NCBI GenBank assembly: GCA_014729775.1
Contig: WJJJ01000013.1
Span: 2,947-66,946 of the forward strand
Direction: 5' to 3'
From: Candidatus Omnitrophota bacterium
GTDB lineage: Bacteria > Omnitrophota > Gorgyraeia > Duberdicusellales > 4484-171
Length of the DNA: 64,000 bases
Below the pieces are notes generated by a model. That model worked only from the letters and a program-made list of their open reading frames with translations. It was not told the origin of the DNA and ran no database searches. Positions 27,616-35,761 of the stretch are shown piece after piece; position 1 is the first letter of the stretch, and every line of letters starts with the position of its first letter. Made by a program: the position numbers and the translations under genes.

Positions 27616-28422
27616 ATGAAAACAGCGATACATATTTGGAAAGATTCCTGGCAGCTGCTCCAACGGCATTTAAAAGTGATCGTGCCGTTCGGGGTGACCG
27701 CGCTGGCGGGAGTGTTGGCCTTGTGGATTTTATATTTGGCGCCGCAGAAACCGGTATCGTATCTGCTGGCACCGCCGATCAGAAAATTCCTGGGGGAAAA
27801 GTTCCTTCATTATCCGTATCATTTATTTATTCTGCCCAAGTTGTTCTATTACGCAGAAAGGGTGATCATCGCCGTAGTCGGCGTGCTGATGACCGGAACC
27901 GCGATCGGGATGATCAAGGAAACGTTTGAAGGGAAAAGACCCCGTATTATGCGTAATTTCACGTACGCGCTTCGGAGATTTTTCGCGTTGTTTGTGATTC
28001 TCGCGGTGATGATGGGCGCGGCGATCCTGACGTCGGAAGCCGTAAAAGCGGTATTTGCGCAGAGGAACTTCGCTACGGCGCTCCTGATGTATCTGGCAGC
28101 GCTGATCCCTCAGGCGTTGTTTATTTACGCGCTGCCCGCGATCATTTTGGGCAGACAAAATGTGATCAGGGCATTCCATGAGGGAATAAAATTATTCGGG
28201 CGCCGGTCTTTGACGACTATTCTTTTTATTGTAGTTCCTGCGCTGGTCTATGTGCCAGTGCTGGCGCTCAACCAGATCGGCAGAAATTTAATCGTGAATA
28301 TCGCTCCGGAAGTGATCCTGGTGATGATCGGCCTGGGAATCATTGCGTCGTTGATCATCGAGATATGGACGATACTCGCGCCGACGGTATTGTATTTGAA
28401 AACAAAGGAGGGAAGTGTATGA
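27616..28422 (+). CDS. polytopic membrane protein, function unknown
   Basis: 6-7 predicted TM helices; ATG 27616 (listed ORF starts 27556); ATGA overlap with next gene. Confidence 0.4.
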   Translation: MKTAIHIWKDSWQLLQRHLKVIVPFGVTALAGVLALWILYLAPQKPVSYLLAPPIRKFLGEKFLHYPYHLFILPKLFYYAERVIIAVVGVLMTGTAIGMIKETFEGKRPRIMRNFTYALRRFFALFVILAVMMGAAILTSEAVKAVFAQRNFATALLMYLAALIPQALFIYALPAIILGRQNVIRAFHEGIKLFGRRSLTTILFIVVPALVYVPVLALNQIGRNLIVNIAPEVILVMIGLGIIASLIIEIWTILAPTVLYLKTKEGSV

Positions 28423-28619
28423 GTGGTAAGGTGAAACTGACATGTATGGTGTGCGCCCTGTGCGTCGCGTTTCTCACCGGATGTAAAGGCGGCGGTGGAG
28501 GAGGAGATCAGTATTCCTATCTGCAAGATATTCCTCATCAGCCTGAACCGGCGACAATCGTGATGTTCGGACTCGGCGCACTGGGCGTGTTCGGCGCGCG
28601 TAAGTTTAAAAAGAAATAA
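28419..28619 (+). CDS. mini PEP-CTERM lipoprotein (66 aa: lipobox signal peptide + Gly run + PEP-CTERM sorting signal)
   Basis: RBS AAGGAGGG; MSGKVKLTCMVCALCVAFLTGC (lipobox LTGC) KGGGGGGDQYSYLQDIPHQ PEPATIVMFGLGALGVFGARKFKKK. Confidence 0.7.
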   Translation: MSGKVKLTCMVCALCVAFLTGCKGGGGGGDQYSYLQDIPHQPEPATIVMFGLGALGVFGARKFKKK

Positions 28620-28648
28620 CATTGTTTGTGATCCAGAATTCATGAGTC

Positions 28649-28687
28649 GCAAAAGAGAAGAATAGTCTTCTCTTTTGCGCTTTTATA
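28649..28687 (+). terminator. rho-independent terminator
   Basis: GCAAAAGAGAAGA-atagt-CTTCTCTTTTGC perfect 13-bp stem followed by GCTTTTAT. Confidence 0.8.
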
Positions 28688-28699
28688 AGGAGTGTCAAG

Positions 28700-30145
28700 A
28701 TGCGAATCGCGCAGATTACGGTGTTGGCGGGATGCGTGGCGGTATTGGCCGCCTGCGGAGACGCACGTTACGGATCGGAAAAGCTGTACTGGAAAGCTGA
28801 ACAGCGGGCGGCAAAAATAATTGCCCGTAAAGGTCCCGGGAATCTCACCGCCGACGATTATGCCCGGATTATCGAAGGGTATCGCAGGGTTACCAGTACC
28901 TATCCTTATCAGTACAAGACCGTGCAAGCGCATTTTGATATCGCGCGGGTGTATTTGGCGCAGGATAAATTCGAACCGGCGCTTGAAGAACTGGAAACAG
29001 TGATCCACAATTTTTCGGCCGCGCCGAAAATCGCGTCACGGGCGCAGTTCGCGATCGCGAAACTTTACGAAGCGCGGCGCGAGTATGAAACCGCGCTGGA
29101 GGAATACGACAAAATTCTTGATTTATATCCGGTGACCCCAATCGGCCTGGAAACACCGATTTACCTTATCCGCTTTCATGAACGCGTGCGCGATGATCAG
29201 GAGGAGGCTGCACGTGCCTATCAGCGGGCGCTGAGGCACTACCGCTCGCTTGCCGGAGAATACGGGGAGGAGACCCCGGTCGGGGTGGCGGTAAAAGATT
29301 ACCTGGCGCGAACGTATTTATTGAAAGAGCAGTGGCAGGATGCCGCCGGCGTGTGGGAAGAAGTGATGAACCAGAAAGAAGTGCCTTTGCTGGCTGGCAA
29401 GGCCCAGCTCGCGCGCGCATCGTTGTTCGCAGACCAGCTCAAGGAACCTTCCCGCGCGATCGAATTGTACAAATCGTTCGAGCAGAAATTTCCGCGCAGC
29501 CGCATGCTGCCAATGGCTCTTTTTCAGTTGGGACGGGTGTATCTTAAGGAAGGAAACCTTCCCGAGGCGAAAGAAACGTTTGAGAAAATAATCACGCAGT
29601 TTCCCCGGAATACGGAACTGAATATCCTGTCCCGGGTTGCTATCGCGGAAGCGTATAAAAAGGAAGGAGATCTGGAAGCGGTACGGCGGGAGTATACGAC
29701 ATTAGAGAGCGCCTATCCGGAGAGTCCGAAAGTGTTCGCGGTGCCTTACCTTCTCTATACCTATTACCGCGATGCCGGACGCGATACTAAGGCGGCGATG
29801 CTGCTGGAGCTGGCGATTACTGAGTATGAAAAAAAACTGGAGCGGATCGTCGATCAGCGAAAAAAGGATGCGCTGGCGCAGTGGCTGATTCTTTCGTACC
29901 GGGAAAAAGGTCAATGGCAAAAAGCTATCGACGTGCTTGATCAGCTTGCTGAAGATTTCCCCGGGGATCCGCGGTATCCGCTGGCGGCCGCCGCGCTGTA
30001 TAAGAATCAAATGAAAGATCCTGCGGGAGCGTTAAAGATGTACGAAGAGGTGCAGAACGCGTATCCGCTGAACGAGATGGTTACCGATTCACTCCAGAAA
30101 CAGATTGAGTCTCTGCAGGGAGTACTGAAGGTGGGGGATCAGTGA
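28700..30145 (+). CDS. TPR-repeat lipoprotein (half-size PrsT-like)
   Basis: Lipobox VLAACGD; repeated TPR-like helical hairpins (YP..P...A.F.IA..Y); paralogous to next gene. Confidence 0.7.
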   Translation: MRIAQITVLAGCVAVLAACGDARYGSEKLYWKAEQRAAKIIARKGPGNLTADDYARIIEGYRRVTSTYPYQYKTVQAHFDIARVYLAQDKFEPALEELETVIHNFSAAPKIASRAQFAIAKLYEARREYETALEEYDKILDLYPVTPIGLETPIYLIRFHERVRDDQEEAARAYQRALRHYRSLAGEYGEETPVGVAVKDYLARTYLLKEQWQDAAGVWEEVMNQKEVPLLAGKAQLARASLFADQLKEPSRAIELYKSFEQKFPRSRMLPMALFQLGRVYLKEGNLPEAKETFEKIITQFPRNTELNILSRVAIAEAYKKEGDLEAVRREYTTLESAYPESPKVFAVPYLLYTYYRDAGRDTKAAMLLELAITEYEKKLERIVDQRKKDALAQWLILSYREKGQWQKAIDVLDQLAEDFPGDPRYPLAAAALYKNQMKDPAGALKMYEEVQNAYPLNEMVTDSLQKQIESLQGVLKVGDQ

Positions 30146-31569
30146 AGCGTGCCGGGTTCTCGATTTCATGGGGATGGATTACTGCTGTCGCCGCGGTGCT
30201 GGCGCTTTCGGGTTGTGTGGATCCCGGCTACCGGGCCGAACGGCTTTTTTGGCAGGCCGAACGCAAGGCAGATGAAGTATTCAAAAAAGGCATCGATAAT
30301 TTTACCGACGAGGATTTTGAAACGCTTATCGGGCTTTACCGGAAAGTAGTGGAAGCCGCCCCTCTTGAAGACGAAAGCTCCCAGGCGCAGTTCATTATTG
30401 CCGATCTCTATACCTACCAGCATAAATACCGGAAAGCACAGCAGCAGTTACTGCAGATAGAGAATAATTTTTTTACCAAACCGGTGATCGCTTCCCGTGC
30501 GAAATTTTTCATGGCTAAGCTTTACGAAAAAAGGGAGAAGCCGGAGGAAGCAATTCAATATTACGAGGAATTAATGTCTAAGTATCCGGTGACGCCGATC
30601 GGGCTCACCCTGCCGCGGTACTTAATGACAAAATATAAAGAAGAGGGGAGTGCCGGGAAAGCCCGGGAGTTTTACGACCGCGCGATTACCCACTACCAGG
30701 ATCTTCTGTCGCAGTATACCGATACCGCGGTCGCGCCGACGGTGTACGACGCGTTAGCCGAATTGTATCTGGCGGAAGGTGAACCGGAAAAAGCCCTGGA
30801 GATGTGGGATCGGATCATTCTTGATTATCCGGAAAGCGGCTATATTCCTAAAGCGTATACCTCAAAAGCGGAAACGTATGTCCGGCAGTTATCTCACATG
30901 AAGAACGCGCAAGAGGTGTATGAGCAGTTCAGCGAACGCTATCCTGATTTTCCTCAGCGGCCGGAAATCGAACTGCGGCTGGCCCGGCTGTATCTTCAGG
31001 ATGACAAGACAGCCAAAGCCAAACGCATCTATCGCGAGATCATCAATGAATTTCCAGAAAAGTCGACCCTCCTCGCGCAGGCCTATGCGGGACTTGCCGA
31101 ATGTTATCAGAAAGAAGCGAATACCGGGAAAATGGAGGAAACCTACGGGTACATTCGGGAACATTTTCCCGACTCACAGGCGGCGTTCATGATACCATTT
31201 TTGACCGCCCGGTACTATGAGCAAACGGGGTTTCATCAGAAAGCTCAACGCGGATATCGGCAGGCGGCAAAGAAATACGAACAATATCTGGCGAAGCATC
31301 CTGATCCTCGCGTAAAAAAAGAAGCGGCAAATGTGCTTACATTATGTTATATTAAGACAAACCGGGTGAGCGACGCGGTGGCGTTACTGGAAAAGCTCTC
31401 AACGGCGTTTCCCCGTGATCCGATGTATTTATTCGATCTTGCAACCTTGTACGTAAATCTGCATAAGCCGGAAAAAGCCCGGGAGGTTTACCAAACCATC
31501 CAGGAGAAATATCCGACGAATTATTTCGTGAACCGGCTCGCGCAGCGGAGGATGAATACGCTTCGGTAG
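30142..31569 (+). CDS. TPR-repeat lipoprotein (half-size PrsT-like, paralogue)
   Basis: Lipobox LALSGCVD; shares motifs with previous gene (YPVTPIGL..P.YL, ASRAKF..AKLYE); GTG start overlapping upstream stop. Confidence 0.7.
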   Translation: MKRAGFSISWGWITAVAAVLALSGCVDPGYRAERLFWQAERKADEVFKKGIDNFTDEDFETLIGLYRKVVEAAPLEDESSQAQFIIADLYTYQHKYRKAQQQLLQIENNFFTKPVIASRAKFFMAKLYEKREKPEEAIQYYEELMSKYPVTPIGLTLPRYLMTKYKEEGSAGKAREFYDRAITHYQDLLSQYTDTAVAPTVYDALAELYLAEGEPEKALEMWDRIILDYPESGYIPKAYTSKAETYVRQLSHMKNAQEVYEQFSERYPDFPQRPEIELRLARLYLQDDKTAKAKRIYREIINEFPEKSTLLAQAYAGLAECYQKEANTGKMEETYGYIREHFPDSQAAFMIPFLTARYYEQTGFHQKAQRGYRQAAKKYEQYLAKHPDPRVKKEAANVLTLCYIKTNRVSDAVALLEKLSTAFPRDPMYLFDLATLYVNLHKPEKAREVYQTIQEKYPTNYFVNRLAQRRMNTLR

Positions 31570-31612
31570 TGCCGTCCGGATGCGTGATTCTTCTTGAAGC
31601 CACGGAAAATCC

Positions 31613-32473
31613 ATGAATAAGAAGATCTCATTTGCCGGTATCGAACTTACCCTCAGGACGTTGCGGCGGATTGTGCTTATGAGCGCGCTTTTCGCGGCGG
31701 TGTATTTTCCCGTAATCCCCCATTTTATCTCGCGGTTTTCCGCCCGTGATTCCTATTATTCTCATGGTTTCTTGATCCCTGTGGTTTCGCTGTATTTGGT
31801 GTTTCGCAGCCGGGAAATACTGGCCCGTATACCCACATGGCCGCATCCGGCCGGTTTCGCGCTGATTCTTTTAGGGCTGGCAATGTATCTGATCGGGTAT
31901 GTGCTTCAGATCAATTTCGGGATGTACGCGAGCCTGCTGCCGGTGCTCTTCGGATTAGCGCTGTATTTGGGGGGATCGCAATACTTCCGGGTATTGTTCT
32001 TTCCCATTCTATTTTTGGGATTCATGCTGCCGCTGCCGCAAGTATTCATTATCGGCGCTTCATTCCGGTTGAAACTCATGGCCGCGCAGGCAGCGACGTT
32101 CCTGTCGCGAATGATGGGAATAGAGGCAGTGCAAAATGGATCGATGATTTACTATCCGGGCGGGCAGATACTTGTCGGAGATCCCTGCAGCGGGTTGAGG
32201 TCGTTGATTGCATTTATCGCGCTCGGGGCGCTGTGTGCTTATCTGGCACGGGGAAGTACGATCAAACGGGTGTTACTGTTTGTTCTTGCCGTGCCGGTCG
32301 CGCTTTTCTCAAATCTGTTGAGGCTGACCTTTCTGGTCGGGGTCGGCTATGTCTACGGCGAAAAAATCGCTTCGGGGACGGTGCATGATGTTTCAGGGAT
32401 GCTGGTGTTTGTACTCGGTTTTCTCTGTTTTGTGGGTCTTATCCGGCTGTTAGGCTGCCGGATTGAGGTGTGA
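31613..32473 (+). CDS. xrtA: exosortase (EpsH/XrtA-type archaeosortase/exosortase family)
   Basis: 8 TM helices; conserved Cys in GDPCSGLRSLIAF and downstream Arg in NLLRLTFLVG, the exosortase catalytic signature; XrtA subtype assigned from context only. Confidence 0.85.
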   Translation: MNKKISFAGIELTLRTLRRIVLMSALFAAVYFPVIPHFISRFSARDSYYSHGFLIPVVSLYLVFRSREILARIPTWPHPAGFALILLGLAMYLIGYVLQINFGMYASLLPVLFGLALYLGGSQYFRVLFFPILFLGFMLPLPQVFIIGASFRLKLMAAQAATFLSRMMGIEAVQNGSMIYYPGGQILVGDPCSGLRSLIAFIALGALCAYLARGSTIKRVLLFVLAVPVALFSNLLRLTFLVGVGYVYGEKIASGTVHDVSGMLVFVLGFLCFVGLIRLLGCRIEV

Positions 32474-32474
32474 A

Positions 32475-33116
32475 ATGCGCAAAAATATTTTTCGTTCTTT
32501 TCTGACCGTTCCCTATTTTCAGGTCGCCTGCCTGTTCGCAGCTGCGGCATTGTTGATCGGGAAGATGGAACTGTCTGCCCGTTCCTCTCCGGCTCCCTCT
32601 CAAATTTCGTTCCCGATGCAGATTGGAGAATGGAAAGGAAAAGACCTGGAGGTTGACGAAAGTACCTATGAGATCCTGGAAACGCGGGACGTGATCTCCC
32701 GGGAATATACCGATCCCGACGGCGATACGCTGTATTTTTCGCTCGTGTACGCGCAGGATACCCGGCACAGCTTTCATCCTCCCGAACTCTGTTATGTCGG
32801 GGGCGGTGTGGAGGTCATGGGCAAGGAAAAGGCCGAAATCCCGCTCGATCAGGATCAATTAACCGTAAACGTCCTGTACATGAAAGCCGGGTATGGAAAC
32901 CTGCGCGCCTGGTACTGGTTTTCTGCCGGTTCGGAATTCACCGACAGCTATGTAGGCCAGCAAATACGGCTTTTTTTCGACGTCATGCGCGGGGAAAAAC
33001 CGTCCGGCGCGCTGATCAGAGTCTCGACCCCTTCTCCGGAATCGGCACCCAAGGCCGAATCCTTCATCCGAAAGCTCATCCCTCCTCTCAAACGGACCCT
33101 CGAAAAAATAGGTTGA
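32475..33116 (+). CDS. epsI: EpsI-family exosortase-associated protein
   Basis: Single TM then FHPPELCYVGGGVEV (H.PE.CY.G.G EpsI motif); ATG 32475 (alt TTG 32463), adjacent to exosortase stop. Confidence 0.8.
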   Translation: MRKNIFRSFLTVPYFQVACLFAAAALLIGKMELSARSSPAPSQISFPMQIGEWKGKDLEVDESTYEILETRDVISREYTDPDGDTLYFSLVYAQDTRHSFHPPELCYVGGGVEVMGKEKAEIPLDQDQLTVNVLYMKAGYGNLRAWYWFSAGSEFTDSYVGQQIRLFFDVMRGEKPSGALIRVSTPSPESAPKAESFIRKLIPPLKRTLEKIG

Positions 33117-33141
33117 TAAAGAATTTTTGAAATGTTATACT
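33113..33141 (+). promoter_or_regulatory. sigma-70-like promoter (TTGATA-N17-TATACT)
   Basis: -35 TTGATA 33113-18, -10 TATACT 33136-41, 17-bp spacer, 25 nt upstream of ATG 33166. Confidence 0.5.
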
Positions 33142-33165
33142 TTAGTTCTCCTCAAAAGAGAACCT

Positions 33166-34374
33166 ATGGAGTCAAATCCGTACGAAAATCCAGTAAAAGA
33201 ATTTCTTACGGTCAGTCTGGACCGCTGTATGCAGGAAGTAAATGCCGGTTCGGGCTCGATCTTTCTCGTGGACGAGGTGACCCAGGACCTTGTCCTTGAA
33301 ATTATCCACAGTAAAGAAAGGCGTAATCTTGAAGGAACCCGCACCAAGCTCGGAGAACGGGTGTCCGGCAGGGTCGCGCAGGAACGAAAACCCTTTCTAG
33401 TGGCGAATATTGATTCCGAACCGTCGTTCGGTACCTTTCCTCGTTATTCTCACTACCAGTCTAAATCGTTTTTGTCGGTTCCCCTCGAATCATCGGGCAC
33501 TCTGCTTGGAGTGGTGAATCTCACGGAAAAGGGGGACGGGACCGTATTTGATAATGATGATCTTGATGCCGTGATGCTTATCGCCAGACAGCTGGGGATT
33601 GCGCTCGAGAAACTGAAACTATTTTCCGCCTCTCAGAAAACCGAATATTTGCGGCTGAAAGCCGAACGGGAGAATCTTTCCCGGTCAATCGAACAGTATA
33701 AGAAATTCTCTTCGCTCGGGAAATTCATCGGCGGGCTCGTACACGAGATCAATAACCCGCTGGACGGAGTCATGCGATACATAAACTTAAGCATGGACCG
33801 CGTGCAGTCCGACGAGGTGCTCAAAGAGTATCTGCAGGAGTCGCAGAAGGGATTGCAGCGTATCGCTCAATTCGTACGTTCATTGCTCGATTTTTCCTGG
33901 AGCATGTCCTCGGCGGGCCGGGAGATCGACGTGAACCGGATCTTTGAAGAAACCCGTTTCCTGTATGACGGTGAATTGCGTTCCGGCAATGTGTCGGTGG
34001 AAACGGAACTGGACTCCAATCTGCCCAAGATCCCGGATTACGGGCTTAAGATTGTGCTGAATAATCTTTTCAAGAATGCCCGGGAGGCGATGCAGCCGGA
34101 GGGCGGGGTAATACGGGCCAAGACGCGTAAGATTCCCGGCGGTATTATGGTGGAGTTTTCCGATACGGGTGCCGGCATTCCTGCCGAGGTAAAAGGAAGG
34201 ATTTTTGAACCTTTTTTCACCACGAAGCAGATGGGAGAAGGGTCCGGGCTGGGACTGGCGTTGGTGAGTGAAATCGTAGAGAAATATAAAGGAACGATCC
34301 ACGTGGACAGCGGCCGGGGAGCCGGCACTACTTTTCGTATTTTCCTTCCCGCCTCAAATTTTCAGACGACATGA
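33166..34374 (+). CDS. cytoplasmic GAF-domain sensor histidine kinase
   Basis: GAF-like N-terminus, H-box LVHEINNPLD, N-box LNNLFKNAREA, G-boxes DTGAGI / GSGLGL. Confidence 0.8.
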   Translation: MESNPYENPVKEFLTVSLDRCMQEVNAGSGSIFLVDEVTQDLVLEIIHSKERRNLEGTRTKLGERVSGRVAQERKPFLVANIDSEPSFGTFPRYSHYQSKSFLSVPLESSGTLLGVVNLTEKGDGTVFDNDDLDAVMLIARQLGIALEKLKLFSASQKTEYLRLKAERENLSRSIEQYKKFSSLGKFIGGLVHEINNPLDGVMRYINLSMDRVQSDEVLKEYLQESQKGLQRIAQFVRSLLDFSWSMSSAGREIDVNRIFEETRFLYDGELRSGNVSVETELDSNLPKIPDYGLKIVLNNLFKNAREAMQPEGGVIRAKTRKIPGGIMVEFSDTGAGIPAEVKGRIFEPFFTTKQMGEGSGLGLALVSEIVEKYKGTIHVDSGRGAGTTFRIFLPASNFQTT

Positions 34375-35756
34375 AATCGCACAACAAGATCCTGATCGTT
34401 GATGATGAACCGCTCACCCGCAAATCACTGCAGGAAATTCTCAGGAAAGACGGGTATGCGGTTTCGTCTGCCGGGGACGGGGAAAACGCGTGTGAAATAG
34501 TGGCACGCGAAGTGCCGGATGTGGTCCTGACCGATTTTAAACTGCCCGGCATGGACGGTCTGCAATTGTTGAAAAAAATAAAAGAACAGTATCCGGGAAT
34601 CGAGGTCGTTCTTATTACCGCTTACGGTTCCATAGAGCACGCGGTAAAAGCCATGCGCGAAGGGGCGTTCGATTACGTCACCAAGCCGATCATTGATGAT
34701 GAAATCAAAATTATCATCCGCAGGGTATTCGAGCAGAAGAAAATTCTTGATGAGAATGAGTTCCTGAAACGGCAGCTTACCTCGCATGCGCGGGAGAAGT
34801 TCCACACGATTATCGGCAAGAACCCCCGCATGCAAAAAATTTATAATTTGATTGAAACCGTCGCGCCGACCAATGCGATTATTTTGATTCAGGGCGACAG
34901 CGGGACGGGAAAACGGGTAGTGGCTCACGCGATTCACCGTGCGGATTATCATCGGAAAGACCATCCCTTGATCGAAGTCAGTTGTGGGGCATTGCCGGAG
35001 AATCTGCTTGAGAGCGAGTTGTTCGGCCACGTCAAGGGCGCGTTTACCGGAGCGATTAAGGATAGGCAGGGAAGATTCGAAGCCGCCCATGAGGGGACGA
35101 TCTTTCTCGATGAGATCGATACCTTCAGTCCGAAACTGCAGGTGAAGCTTTTGCGTATCTTGCAGGAAGGGGAATTCGAACGGGTAGGAGATACCAAAAC
35201 GATTCAGGTCAACGTCCGGGTCATTGCCGCGACAAATCAGGATTTAAAAGAATTGATTCAGCAGGGAACATTCCGGGAGGATCTATATTACCGGCTTAAC
35301 GTGATCCCCATACATCTGCCTCCTTTGCGGGAACGCCGGGACGACATCCCCCTGCTTATTCAGCACTTTTTGGAAAAAGGCGGCCGGAAACTTTCGGTGA
35401 AACCAAAACAGTTTTCCCCGGAAGCGATGGGGATATTGTGCAGTTACGAATGGCCGGGCAACGTGCGCGAACTGGAGAACGTGGTGGAACGCGCCTTAAT
35501 TCTTTGCAAGTCGAAAACCGTCGGCCCTGATGATCTGCCTGAAGCCGTGCAGAATTCACCGGTGACCGCAGATACCGGCAGTGTGGCTGATGAAAGCGTT
35601 TCGCTTAAAGACGCGCTTCGGGTGTCTGAGAAAAAGATCATCGCCGAGGCGCTGGAAAGATGCGGATGGAACCGGAAGAAAGCGTCTTTGATGTTAGGAA
35701 TTAACCGTACCACGCTTTATAATAAGATGAGAGACTACGGTTTGCTGGATGAATAG
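34371..35756 (+). CDS. sigma-54-dependent (NtrC-family) response regulator
   Basis: REC (ILIVDDE...D), AAA+ GDSGTGKR Walker A, ESELFGHVKGAFTGA, C-terminal HTH; ATGA overlap with kinase. Confidence 0.85.
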   Translation: MKSHNKILIVDDEPLTRKSLQEILRKDGYAVSSAGDGENACEIVAREVPDVVLTDFKLPGMDGLQLLKKIKEQYPGIEVVLITAYGSIEHAVKAMREGAFDYVTKPIIDDEIKIIIRRVFEQKKILDENEFLKRQLTSHAREKFHTIIGKNPRMQKIYNLIETVAPTNAIILIQGDSGTGKRVVAHAIHRADYHRKDHPLIEVSCGALPENLLESELFGHVKGAFTGAIKDRQGRFEAAHEGTIFLDEIDTFSPKLQVKLLRILQEGEFERVGDTKTIQVNVRVIAATNQDLKELIQQGTFREDLYYRLNVIPIHLPPLRERRDDIPLLIQHFLEKGGRKLSVKPKQFSPEAMGILCSYEWPGNVRELENVVERALILCKSKTVGPDDLPEAVQNSPVTADTGSVADESVSLKDALRVSEKKIIAEALERCGWNRKKASLMLGINRTTLYNKMRDYGLLDE

Positions 35757-35761
35757 GCTTT

